NCBI RefSeq assembly: GCF_006345805.1
Contig: NW_021833788.1
Coordinates: 1 to 55,147 of the forward strand
Direction: 5' to 3'
Source of the DNA: Octopus sinensis
Lineage: Eukaryota
Length of the DNA stretch: 55,147 nucleotides
In this document: piece by piece, positions 13,301-25,295 of the stretch
Numbering within the stretch: the stretch's first letter is position 1
Layout: every line of letters starts with the position of its first letter
Made by a program: the position numbers and the translations under genes
The notes under the pieces: model-generated
Told to the model about the DNA's origin: nothing
What the model saw: only the letters and a program-made list of their open reading frames with translations
Databases searched by the model: none

Positions 13301-13685
13301 AGGGTTCTATGTATACATACCGGTGCCGGTGTGTTCACCTCCCCATAACTTAGTGGTTCAGCAATAGAGAACGATAGATTATGTACGAGCCCTACAAAGA
13401 ATAAGTCCTGCGGTCGATTTAATCGAATGAAGGCACTGCTCCAGCATGCAACTTTTCTGCTGGTACCTTTAACAAATAAACATTGACTACCTTATAATTT
13501 ACATTTAATTACACCCCACAACTATATAAAGTACGAACAATATCTAGTACTACCCTTTGCACTTAATCAGGTTTTTATTTAGTTTTAGATAGTATATATG
13601 CGTGTGTGGGTATATACACGTATATATATATGTATGTATATATATATATATATATATATACACATACAGATATATTTATATATAT

Positions 13686-13838
13686 AGGTGCAGGAGTGGC
13701 TGTGTGGTAAGTAGCTTGCTTACCAATCACATGGTTCCGGGTTCAATTCCACTACGTGACACCACTGTCTTCTACTATAGCCTCGGACCGACCAAAGTTT
13801 TGTGAGTGGATTTGGCACACGGAAACAGAAGGAAGCTA
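13686..13838 (+). mobile_element. tRNA-derived SINE head
   Basis: A-box-like TGGCTGTGTGG and B-box-like GGTTCAATTCC; a related copy lies at 45785-45927 on the minus strand. Confidence 0.7.
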
Positions 13839-14021
13839 TGAGGGCCCACCCAAGTAAAAAGGAATCAAAGGGGTCAATAGACAAAAGATGGCTGAGAACC
13901 ACTGCTTTAAACAAAGTCACTGTGCAAGACATCAGTCAAGATAACGAGGCGGTTTTTGTCACTCAAACAGATTAACATAAGTTTTACAATGTTACAGTGT
14001 TCCAGGGCAAGAAACAGAACA

Positions 14022-14460
14022 TTCATCATCATTGTTTAACATCCGTTTTCCATGCTAGCATGGGTTGGACGGTTCAACCGGGGTCTGGGAAATCAGGAGG
14101 CTGCACCAGGCTCCAGGCTGATCTGGCAGTGTTTCTACAGCTGGATGACCTTCCTAATGCCAACCACTCCATGAGTGTAGTGGGTGCTTTTTACATGCCA
14201 CCGGCACAGGGGCCAGACGAGGCTGGCAAACGGCCACGATCGGTTGGTGCTTTTACGTGTCACTAACACAGATGCCAGTCAGGTGGTGCTGGCATCTGCC
14301 ATGTTCGGTTGGTGCCTTTTACATGCCACCGGCACAGAAGCCAGTCAGGTGGCGCTGGCAACTGCCACGTTCAGATGGTGCTTTTAACGTGTCACGGGTA
14401 TCTTAACTACAATTTCCATTTGATTTTCATTTTGATGTTGGTGTTAACGTACTTGACTCA
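14022..14460 (-). mobile_element. RTE 3' UTR/tail fragment
   Basis: Same family sequence as 10678-11050. Confidence 0.8.
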
Positions 14461-14837
14461 GTATACAACAATCTAATTGACTAAAAGACATTCCAGTGAA
14501 GTGTGTCACAGATTTTGGTCATAAGCTGCAGAAAGTAAACATTCAGCTGCAGAAACACTGACTCAATATGTAAAATATTTAAACACGTGAGAACCGTCTT
14601 CCCCATACAACATCAGAAGAATGGTTGGAGAACAATAAACACATTATGAAAGAACAACAAAAACAAATTACAGTTCTGATGTAGCCACTATATTTCTTAA
14701 TATACAAATCAATCTTTAGCTTTCACTTCAGAGAAACCCCAATTGCTTGATGTTAGATGTAATTCAAGAACACAAAGAAGCAATCATTTTGTTGATTTGT
14801 CATTTTAAAACTGTTACGATTTCAATTCTAACTTTAA

Positions 14838-14843
14838 TTTATT
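14838..14843 (-). promoter_or_regulatory. Candidate polyadenylation signal of CCDC124
   Basis: AATAAA on the minus strand about 650 nt after the stop codon, in unique sequence. The region is AT-rich, so a chance match is possible. Confidence 0.3.
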
Positions 14844-15492
14844 AATAAATAGAAACCGTTCAGAGATTATTTCAAATGTCAGCCTTCTTTTGGTGGGAAT
14901 TTCATACTTTTGTATTGGAAAAGAGACTAAAGCAGAAGTTATCATTAAGGAATGTGACACACAAAAACAAAAACAAAAAAATCCCCAAAACTTAGCATTT
15001 CTAATTTAACTGCAAGCCCCAGGCCTGCACAAGGTAGGTATATTTGTTCAGATTCAATTCAAGAAGACATTTTAGAAATTTTCATGCAGTAATTGTGCAG
15101 GTTTACATAACCAACAATATTTCTCGGACAATTTACAGAGTAGTTAGAATACAAAGATTTTTTTTTAAAGAAATTCTTGGATTTCAAACAAGAATCTTTA
15201 CAAAGTCAGTAAAAATAAATTAGTCTAAACTTGAAGCCTAAAGTTCTGGGAATGTTAAATCTCCTGTAAATGAGTATGTGTATGCATGTGTGTGTGTGTG
15301 TGTTTGTGTGCACACAAATATCTGACAAGGAATACTGCCAGAATTTTCTGATAACATTTCAAAATGTCTGTAGGTGTGTGTGTATTTACGTGATGATGTA
15401 GGTAAGCATAATTTAATTTATTTCAGCCCACAATGTGAACAGCTAATCATATTCCAATTTAGACAATCAAGAAATCTATTCAATATCCTGTT

Positions 15493-15688
15493 TCAGTTGG
15501 CTGAGAGGCACTGAACCATGGGATTCTCAGAAGACTTCATCCATTCTTTCTTCAGCATGTGCTTCAATTGTGACAAACGCATGTTGGGATTTTCCTGCTT
15601 CAGAACAGGCAATCGTCTCTCTTCAAATTTGTTGTAAGCAGCTTTGATACGCTTTTCAGGATGTCTGTCAACTTCTGGTTCCTTTACA
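15493..15688 (-). CDS. CCDC124: CCDC124 last coding exon
   Basis: Acceptor tttcag, then (S)VKEPEVDRHPEKRIKAAYNKFEERRLPVLKQENPNMRLSQLKHMLKKEWMKSSENPMVQCLSAN*. This matches the conserved CCDC124/Oxs1 C-terminus (DRHPERR...LKQENPNMRLSQLK...EW..SP.NPM). Phase 2 fits the upstream exon. Confidence 0.95.
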
Positions 15689-15834
15689 CTGAAAGTGAAA
15701 AAAAATTTCAGTCATGGTGATAAAAATTTACTTTCCTACTTTTGTTTTTATCATTTCTTTTTAAAGGACACAATCAAAATGAAAACACTAAATATGAAAG
15801 AAAAAATTTTTTTTAATGAATTAAAAGAATCGTA

Positions 15835-16233
15835 TGGCTTCCATGCCGGTGGCACGTAAAAAGCACCAACCAATCGTGACTGTTGCCAGCCTACCCTGGT
15901 ACCTAAAAAAAGCATCATCCATATGTGGCCGATGCCAGCACTGCCTTGACTGGCTTCCGTGCAGGTGGCATGTAAAAAGCACCAAGCAATCGTGGCCGCT
16001 GCCAGCCTCCCCTGGCACCTGTGCTGGTGGCACGTAAAAAGCACCGTCTGTACGTGGTCGATGCCAGCGCTGCCTCGACTGGCTTCTGTGCCGGTGGCAC
16101 GTAAAAAGCACCAAGCAATCGTGGCCGTTGCCAGCCTCGCCTGGCACGTAAAAAGGACCCACTACACTCACGGAGTGGTTGGCGTTAGGAAGGACATCCA
16201 GCTGTAGAAACACTGCCAGATCAGACTGGAGCA
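15835..16233 (+). mobile_element. RTE 3' UTR fragment
   Basis: GGTGGCACGTAAAAAGCACC sub-repeats and GGCGTTAGGAAGG...GCTGTAGAAAC. Confidence 0.8.
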
Positions 16234-16467
16234 ATCAAGGCAAAATTGAAAGTGCATTGTGACTGGTGGTGTTTAATAGCTCCTTATGTCCTGGTTAATA
16301 CTGTAACACACACACTATAAAATGACTGGTATTAGGAAGGGTATCCAACCATAGAAACTATGCCAAAGCAGACACTGGCATGAGATGCAATCCTTGGACC
16401 CATCAGATCCTTGTCAAATAGTCCAACCCATGCAGTATGGGTCATGGACATTAAATGATGATGATAA

Positions 16468-16499
<32 letters not shown>

Positions 16500-16501
<2 letters not shown>

Positions 16502-16615
16502 CCGTGACCGACCAGGTTATCACTCAATAAACACTCACAACACCCAGTCTGGGAATCAAAACCGTGATCCTACAACCGTGAGTCCGCTGCCCTAACCACT
16601 GGGCCATTGCGCCTC
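16500..16615 (-). mobile_element. tRNA-derived SINE head (second family)
   Basis: Minus strand reads GGCGCAATGGCCCAGTGGTTAGGGCAGCGGACTC...GGTTTTGATTCCC (A box and decayed B box). Confidence 0.65.
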
Positions 16616-16659
16616 CACACACACACACACACAACACACACACACACACATACATACAT

Positions 16660-16872
16660 ACACATGTATGTGTCTTTGTCCTCCTCCATTGCTTGAAAAC
16701 CAGTGTTGGTTTGTTTACAACCCCACAACTAAGCAGTTCTGCAAAAGTAGTCAACAAAATATGTACCAGACTTTAAAAAATATACGTAAGGGGGTTAATT
16801 TGTTTCACTAAAACTTTCAAGGCAATGCTCTAACAATGGCTGCAGTCTAATAAATGAAACAAAATAAAAGAT
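16660..16872 (+). mobile_element. SINE body/3' end with a CR1-like tail
   Basis: Similar to 13320-13450; ends GGCAATGCTCTAACAATGGCTGCAGTC...TGAAAC, like the CR1 3' ends in this window. Confidence 0.5.
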
Positions 16873-17768
16873 ATGCTTTTGACCAAGACTGTTACAGAGC
16901 ACTATACATCACTGCGTGTTCCTCAACTTGACAGAGGTATAAAATATTTGGAGCTATAGATCAGTGGATTCTATTTAGTCATTAGGTTTGCTCTATCAGA
17001 AGCAAGCTGGAGCTATATAAAGTGAATAGATTCATCTCCCCATGGTAAATATTTTGTCTGGGCAGGGCAGTGAAAACTACATCCAGTGGTGAGGCTTCAG
17101 TCTTGGAAATCAAGAGTTTTGGGGAGTACAGAATCACTCGTTAGTCACCATTACTCTCAGATATATTCTAGTTTGGGATGGTAGAACCTGTCAAGGCCCC
17201 CAGTTATAGGTCAAATAGCAGAAAGTGATTCTGTGATTAAGGTATACAGGGCTTAGAGGAGTGCTAGTCCCTGAATGTGTTCGCAAAGGCTCATCAATGC
17301 TGTCATGTGAACCAATTCCAATGCCTAAGACTTAAATAGGACTCCTGCATCTCGAGGGTAGACAACATGAAACCATTATTGTATCTTTCTCAATGAAAAT
17401 CACACATCTTCAAGTTCATGGTTGTCAAAAACTGTTGGCATGGCCTATCAGAGAGAAGCAAATATTAGCTGCCTTTGCTGAAGATACAACACTTACTAGT
17501 GACAGGATATAAGTTGATGACCAGTTGCAGAAATTGAATCAAAATAACAGAGTATCATTAATATATATGCATCATCATCATTATCATCATTTAACGTCCG
17601 TTTTCCATGCTAGCACGGGTTGGACAGTTCAACCAGGGTCTGGGAAGCCAGGAGGCTGTTCAATTGGGGCCTGGAAGACGCAACGAAAATTTTAGGACTA
17701 TAAAAATAAGAAAAAAGTGGAAATTTTACTGGGCACAAAAAGAAAATGACTCTCCCCAGACACAACAG

Positions 17769-17955
17769 GATAAGGAAATAATTTATTCTCAAATGCAGAA
17801 TAATGCTAACAGAATAGAATGAACAAGATAAATAATCCATATTTTGCCTCATGGCTGGCCACTGGCAAATTTTTCTGTAAAATATGGATAATTAATCTTG
17901 TTCATTCTATTCTGTTAGCATTATTCTGCATTTGAGAATAAATTATTTCCTTATC
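17769..17955. repeat. Inverted repeat, 77-bp arms with a 33-nt spacer
   Basis: 17769-17845 is the near-exact reverse complement of 17879-17955. Confidence 0.9.
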
Positions 17956-18303
17956 TCTATCTTTAAAATCTCCATATTGATTAGGGTTGCAGCAACCCTA
18001 ATCAACCCTATCAATACGGTCGAAGTTCAGTTTGGGTATCGAGACAATAACAATGATGATGACGATGATGAGGAGGAGGATGATGATGATGGTAGTGGTG
18101 GTGGTTGTGTAGTCACGATGATGATGGTGGTGGTGATGATGATGATGATGACAATGATCATGATATAACGATGAGGATGAAGACGATGATTATGCTGCTG
18201 CTGCTGATGATATAATAATGATGCTTATGGTGATAAGGTTAATTGATTCATCGATTTATCGAATTATTTCCTTATCTGTATCTTTAAAATCTCCTCTACA
18301 TAC

Positions 18304-18421
18304 CTGAGTAAAGACAGAGCTTCATCAACAGTTCTAGCTTCTAAGCTATCGTCTACAGCTCTGTTTAAATTTTCTTCCAGGGGAGGAAGATCATAATCAG
18401 GTGAAGTTTCTCTTTTTTTTG
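18304..18421 (-). CDS. CCDC124: CCDC124 coding exon 3
   Basis: Acceptor ccag and donor AG|gtatgt; (P)KKRETSPDYDLPPLEENLNRAVDDSLEARTVDEALSLL matches the family motif PLEENVNR...EART..AI..L; phase 1 in, phase 2 out. Confidence 0.93.
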
Positions 18422-18574
18422 CTGGTTTCCAAAATAAAAAGAAAAACATGCATTAGTTTATGTTTCATATTATAAGAAATAAGTGAGAAAGGATATAAGA
18501 CAAAAGTAAACGTTTCACATCAAAATACAGTGTATATTATATAAACATGAACAACAATGTAATACGCATACTCT

Positions 18575-18928
18575 TGACTGGCACAGTATGGTTGTCAAAG
18601 AATGTTTCTGACAAGTGCAGTGTGGATGTCAATGTATGTCTTTGACAAGTGCAGAGTGGATGTTAAGGTACGTTTTTGACAGAAGTACTGTAGATATTAA
18701 GGTATGTCACTGACAGGTGCAGTGTAAATGTTGAAGTATGTCGTTGGTAGGTGCAGTGTGGAAGTCAAGGTATGCTTTTGACAGATGCAGTGTGGGCATT
18801 TAAGTATGTTTTTCACAGGTACATTTAAGTATGTTTTTGACAGGGGCAGTGCAGGCATTTAAATATGTTTTTCACAAGTGCAGCATGAGCATCTAAATAT
18901 GTTTTTGATAGATGTAGTGTGGGCATAG
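18575..18928. repeat. Degenerate copies (about 10) of the 34-bp minisatellite monomer
   Basis: Units such as ttgacaagtgcagtgtggatgtcaatgtatgtct grade into gcatttaagtatgtttttgacagg. Confidence 0.85.
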
Positions 18929-19139
18929 GTATCACTATGAATTTTTAGAAATATTTAAATGTAATTTCTATTGTACTTTTTCATGTAGAGCACCCAATAA
19001 GAAACATTTTGATATTTCATTTGTGAAATGTGGATGACTATTTTAGAAGAGATGAAAATTTGAATGGTCAGTGAAATGGTCAAAATTTTGCTTAATTAGC
19101 CTAAATATATAATTAGCCATATTACAGATGTTAGGATTC

Positions 19140-19862
19140 ACTGAGGGAACGACAGGAACCGAGACTCCTGGAAGTTTGCTGTGCCTGAGAAAACACATCA
19201 AGCTAAGCTATCCTTGCATGACACTCTAGCTGAGCATCCCTAATCTTGTGGGCTCATAGGTGTTGGTGTCATATAAGAAGCACCTGTACTGGTGCCATGT
19301 AAACACACCCATGCCAGTGCTGTGTAAAAGCACCCAGTACACTTTGTAAAGTGGTTGGCATTAGGAAGGGCATCCAGGTGTAGAAACTATACCAAAACAG
19401 ATATGGAACCTAGGCAGCTCTTCATCTGGCCAGCTCCTGTCAAACCATCCAACTCATACATCATCATCATCGTTTAACGTCCGCTTTCCATGCTAGCATG
19501 GGTTGGACGGTTTGACTGAGGGCTGGCGAACCAGATGGCTGCACCAGGCTCCAATCTTGATCTGGCAGAGTTTCTACAGCTGGATGCCCTTCCTAACGCC
19601 AACTACTCTGAGAGTGTAGTGGGTGCTTTTGCGTGCCACTGGCATGGGGCCAGTCCGGCAGTACTGGCAATGACCTCGCTCAAATCTTTTTACACGTGCC
19701 ACAGGCACAGGTGCCAGTAAGGCAATGCTGGTAACGATCACGCTCGAATGGCGTCTTTTATGTGCCACCGGCACAGAAGCTAGTTAGCTGCTCTGGCAAC
19801 AATCACGCTCGGATGGTGCTCTTAATATCCTACTAACACAGGGCTCGAGTGCCAGTAAGGAA
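19140..19862. mobile_element. Nested RTE/SINE tail fragments in both orientations
   Basis: An old + copy (19140-19460) is interrupted by a younger minus copy starting at the (CAT)n run at about 19459. Confidence 0.7.
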
Positions 19863-20663
19863 TATGGAAAACAGATGCTAAATAATGATGATGATGATTT
19901 GTGATGACATATCTTTGAAACTGAGGTGATATCATCTTCCAATTACACAAATTAATAGTGACCATGGTATAGCAGTTGCTTAGTTTTTTTTTTAGGTTCT
20001 TCGAAGGATACACCTTTTTGACTATTTTGTAAATATTAATGCAAAGCCTATCTTGATACATGTCACAAACAGTCAATTTTGCAGTGTTTTCAGACCTAGT
20101 TAAGAGGGACTTAAGTTTTGGCATATTTTTACTTGGTACAAAACTAAATCCTGATTTTGGAACATAAAATTTCAATAAAACTTTGATTGTTAATTAAAAA
20201 TGGTTATAAATGGCAAAGTTTCAGATCAGAATGCCCACATAAGTTGGATTTTTGACGGATTTTTTCCAATTTATTTTTGAATCATGGTTTCGTAAATGAT
20301 TTGGGGGAAGGGAGCTTCCTATGAAAAATTTATTTTTTTCCCACAACCTTCCTTCCAAACCGATTTTGGCCAATTTTATTTGCACCATGCACTTAAAAAC
20401 AATACGAGAAACTTTTCAGTAATAAAAAAAAATTCAAAAATATTTTTAAATGAAAAGATGTGTAATTTAAGGGAGCACATCCCACAACCACCTGATATCT
20501 TTCTCAGAATTGCATGTAGACCTAGATTAAAAAAACAAACAAAAAGTGAAAAGTAATTTCTTGCTTGAAGCATTAAAAACATCAATTAAAGGCATTAACA
20601 ACATCTGTAACTTACAACAAACTCTTTAGTAGGAAAGAAAGAAAAAGAAAAATCCAAAACAAA

Positions 20664-21370
20664 TATGAAGCCAGTATACTCCGATGGATGTGTAATGCCA
20701 GTGTTCATACTTGACAGAGTGTAAGTACCTTGAGAGAAATGTTGGACCTAAGAAGCATCAGATGTGGTGTGCAAGAGAGACGACGGCACTGGTATGGTCA
20801 TGTGGCGGGAATGGATAAGGATAGCTGTGTGAAAAAGTGCCACACCCTAGCGGTTGAGGGAAGCTGTGGAAGAGGTAGACCCAGGATGAAGTGGTGAAGC
20901 ACGACCTTCGAACATTAGGTCTCACCGAGGCAATGACTAATGACCGAGACCTTTGGAAATATGCTGTGCTTAGGAAGACCAGACAAGCCAAGTGAGACCA
21001 TAACCCGTGGCCTATACCTGGGATGTAGCCATTGGACATAAAACTCTGCTTGTGAAGACCTGTTGATGCAAGTGAAATTGAAATCGATAAAAAAAAATCA
21101 ATGGAAATTATAGTTGTGATACCAGTGCCGGTGGCACATAAAAAGCACCAACCGATTGTGACCATTACCAGCCTCGCCTGGCCCCTGTGCCAGTGGCACA
21201 TAAAAAGCACCCACTACACTCACAGAGTGGTTGGCGTTAGGAAGGGCATCCAGCTGTAGAAACACTGCCAGATCAGACTAGAGCCTGGTGCAGCCTCCAT
21301 GGCTTCCCAGACCCCAGTCGAACCGTCCAACCCTTGCTAGCATGGAAAATGGACGTTAAACGATGATGAA
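20664..21370 (+). mobile_element. RTE-like LINE 3' fragment with tail
   Basis: Homologous to 6765-7615. Confidence 0.85.
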
Positions 21371-21399
21371 GATTCAAAATCAGAAATGGAAAAACACCA

Positions 21400-22090
21400 C
21401 ACCTGCCACTAATAGTCTACAAAATTATATCACTGCACAATATATGAAGTTCTTGAGAAGCTGCGCCTATGTCGGCGCAACGGAGTCCTTAAAGCACCGT
21501 ATGTTCAACCCTCACTTGACAAGAAAACTTTTCACATACCCCACCAAAACAACATCTCTTCCTCACTTCTCTTTCATGCACTACCCTTATCTCTCACTCC
21601 CCAGTCCTGTTCTCATGGCCCTGTTCACTGTATCATTGCTATCCAGTAGCCCCAAACCCTCTATACACCCAGCTTTTCACCACCCACTTCATTCCCTTCC
21701 TCCACTATCTACTCATGCTTCTTTGGCAATTCCCTGCCACTTATATTTATGACCTCTATACCTCAAGGGTATGCCCTGGTACTTGCCACCGTCTCTCTCT
21801 TTTTTTCACTCAAATATCTTCTCATTTATATTCTGATCCCCGTCCCTTCTGAGTATGCCTGGCATTTTGTCCCCATCTCTCGCCTGCTCTCTCTCCCACT
21901 CCCTCTCTCTTTCTCTTCCCTCAAGTTGAGTAACCATGTATCTCCTATCTCCTTTACAGCAGCATGCCTGTTTCTATCCTCATTTCTCTCTCTGGCCAGG
22001 AAACCATGGACCTCCCCTACAGCAAGACACCTGTTTCTGTCTTTCTGTATCCCTAAAACCTTTCATCATTTGACACAAGATCACCCACTC
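21400..22090 (+). mobile_element. Possible Penelope-like GIY-YIG remnant followed by a CT-rich tract
   Basis: LIVYKI in one frame, then AYVGATESLKHRMFNPH in another, resembling GIY...YIGxT...R...H; short and decayed. Confidence 0.35.
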
Positions 22091-22891
22091 TAGTGCCCCC
22101 CACCCTCTCCTCTCAAAGGATCTTTGTCTTGCAAATTACTTGGTGACCCTGCCAGTGCTGATGCCACTTAAAAGCATTCAGTCCACACTGTAAAGTGGTA
22201 GGGGTTTGGAAGGACATCCAGCTGTAAAAATCATGTCAAGCTGACCCCACCTATGCTTGTGCCACGTAAAAAGCACTCAGTTCATTCTGCTGGGTGGTTG
22301 GTGTTAAGAAGGGTATCCAGCTGTAAAAACCCTGCCAAAACAGACACAAAAGTTTGGTGCAGGCTTCTGCAACACAATTTCATGCTAAGTTTGGGCTCTA
22401 GAAGACTTATTAAACTCAATTTAGAGCATTTTATCACAGAAATATCTGTTGAGTTAGCAGTTAGTTCACCCATTTCTTGAAAATCTTGCTAAAATTCAAT
22501 ATTCGAAGTCGTGAATTTGAGTTCTATTCAACCTCTCACCATGTACAAATACATCAGTTTGGCAAGTAGGGTCATTATAGCACCTTTACTAACTTTGTGC
22601 TTTTTGCCATATCGGAGCCAGAAGTATGATTTTCACAAAAGCAACATGGGCATTTTAGTATGTCATTGACAGGTGTAGCATGGGCATTTACGAGGGGGTG
22701 TTCATTAAAGACTTCCCCTGACCTCCTTCCAGTTATTGCAGGAAACAGAATCGGTACAGATATAACCATACATGTCTCTACATGTCACATTGTAAATTGC
22801 AGCATTCCACTAGAATCAGTTTGTCTTTTACGCTGCTGAAGTGGACTAAGGTGTTATAATGGAGGCAGTTGAATGCAGATCAGTGATCAGG

Positions 22892-23360
22892 TTGACTTGA
22901 CTTGACTTGAGACAGTATTCACCCGGGGTGGGTTGAGCTGGCTTCATTCATTCTCAATGCTGCATCTCACAAACGCTGACCAGACCTGGCGATTTGAGGC
23001 TAACGACAGCGTGATCTCCAACCACTCCTTATTCCAGCGGCGAACACCATAGATATGGGGGCCTAGGTTGGGTTCCAGATCAGCCTTGACTGTCATCAGC
23101 CAGGTTTTTCGTTGTCCACCACATTGCTTTCACCAACCCTGAAGGGGAGCTGGGGCAATTGCTTCGTAGATGAATTCTCCTGGTTGACAACGGAGGGCAT
23201 GACCCAGCCAACGCAGATGTCTCGTTAGGATGACTTGTTGGAGGGAGGTGATTCTGCACTGGTGTCGCACCAAATTGTTGGAGACAAAGTAATGCCATCG
23301 GACACGAAGGATGCGGCGTAGACAGAGGTGATCGAAAGATTCTAGTCGCTTAATATCTTC
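22892..23360 (-). mobile_element. RTE-type LINE 3' fragment with an 11-bp TSD (CAGTGATCAGG) and (CAAGT)n tail
   Basis: TSD at 22881-22891 and 23361-23371; the homologous copy at 40907-41322 encodes RRLRWLGHALR. Confidence 0.85.
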
Positions 23361-23756
23361 CAGTGATCAGGATACTTGAAAGGTCATACACTGAAAGAGA
23401 CTTTTGATGAGATGAAAGAAGTTTATGGTGGTGATGCATCATCATACGACATAGCCAAGCACTGGCATTGCTAGTGCAAATGTGGTCAGACATCGGTGGA
23501 AACTGCTCCTATTCCTGGATGACCACATTCTGCCATTGATGATGGCACCATCCATAAAGTGGAAGCTGCCATTTTGGAGGACTGCCACGTAACTATTTGA
23601 CAACTAGCCAAGAAGTGAAGATAAATGTAGGGTCTGTGGGAAAAATCATTCACGACCTTTTGTATATGCGGAAGTTGTCTGCATGATGGATTCCTTGGAT
23701 GCTCACACTTTTTCAGAAGCAGGAACAAGTCAATTGCTCCCAGTCTCTTTTAGCAA

Positions 23757-24390
23757 TCATCATCATCATCATTTAACGTCTGCTTTCCATGCTAGCATGG
23801 GTTGGACGATTTTGACTAAGGGCTGGCAAGCCAGATAGCTGCACCAAGCTCCAATCTTGATCCGGCAGAGTTTCTACAGCTGGATGCCCTTCCTAACGCC
23901 AACCATTCCGAGAGTGTAGTGGGTGCTTTTTACGTGCCACCGGCATGGGGGCCAGTCAGGCGGTACTGGCAACAACCTCGCTCGAATCTTTTTACATGTG
24001 CCAGTAAGGCGATGTTGGCAACGATCATGCTCGAAAGGTGCCCTTTTACGTGCCACCAGCACGGAGGCCAGATAGCTGCTCTGGCAATGACCACACTCGG
24101 ATGGTGCTCTTGGCACCCTACTAGCACAGGGCTCGAGTGCCAGTAAGGCGATGCTGGTAATGATCACACTTGAATGGTGCCCATTTATGTGCCACTGGCA
24201 TGGAAGCCGGTTAGCCGCTCTGTCAAACGATCGCACTCGTATGGTGCTCTTTGTACCCTCCTAGCACGGATGCCAGTCGCTGATTTTGATTTTGATTTCA
24301 CTTGCCTCAACAGGTCTTTGCAAGCAGAGTTTAGTGACCAAAGAAGGAAAAGGTATGCATAAGCGGGCTAGTTACGCTCCTGGCATAGGC
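23757..24390 (-). mobile_element. RTE 3' UTR/tail insertion inside the mariner transposase
   Basis: (CAT)n start and family sequence; the transposase reading resumes after it. Confidence 0.8.
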
Positions 24391-25050
24391 CCAAACAAAT
24401 GAGGAGGACTTTTTTGGCAGACTTATCACACAAGATAAAACATGAATCCTAAGACTAAAGTCCAGTTGAAGCAATGGAAGCATCATAATGCACCATCTCC
24501 AAAGAAGGCTAGTGTCCAACCCTCACTAGGCAAGGTGATGCTGTCTTTTGGGACAAGCATGGAGTAGTGATGAAGGATTTAATGGCAAAGGGCACCACAA
24601 TTAATGGGGCATATTATGCTTCTCTGCTGCAGAAATTGGTGGGATGCCATTAAAACAGAGAGGTATGGCATGCTGACCAAAGGAGCCCATTCCCAATGCA
24701 CGTGTTGCCCAGATAAAAGCATATTCCTACAGCTATGAAATCCTTCCTCATCCCAACTTCTTTTCCCAACCTCTAGCGCCATCTGACTCCCATCTCTTTC
24801 CAACCATGAAGTCTTTTTGACAGAGGAAACAATTTTTGGATGATGATGAGCTTATTTCCAAGGTAAACTCTTGGCTCCAGATGCAACTTATTGATTTATA
24901 CAGACAAGGTCTTCATAGCTGCATAAAGGGATGGGAGAAGTTTCTCCTCATTGGTGGAGGCCATGTATAGAAGGACTAATAATGATGCTAAGTTTTGTTT
25001 ATCCCAGTCCTTGGGAAGTGAGTCGGAGGAAATCTTTGATAAATGCCCCT

Positions 25051-25294
25051 GGCACGTAAAAAGCACCAACCGATCATAGCCGTTGCCAGCCTCTCCTGGC
25101 ACCTGTACTGGTGGCACGTTAAAAAGCACCCACTACACTCACGGAGTGGTTGGCGTTAGGAAGGGCATCCAGCTGTAGAAACACTGCCAGATCAGACTGG
25201 TGCCTGGTGCAGCCTCCTGGCTTCCCAGACCCCAGTCGAACCATCCAACCCATGCTAGCATGGAAAACGGACGTTAGACGATGATGATGATGAT
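25051..25294 (+). mobile_element. RTE/SINE tail inserted in the last bases of the mariner right TIR
   Basis: Family sequence with a (GAT)n tail, lying between ...TGCCCCT and GTA. Confidence 0.8.
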
Positions 25295-25295
25295 G

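Noticed and set aside
13686-13770. tRNA gene (also 16545-16615)
   Set aside because: A and B boxes are present, but there is no full cloverleaf and the sequence continues into SINE body.
17980-18002. Telomeric repeat
   Set aside because: A single TTAGGG/CCCTAA pair within a palindrome, not an array.
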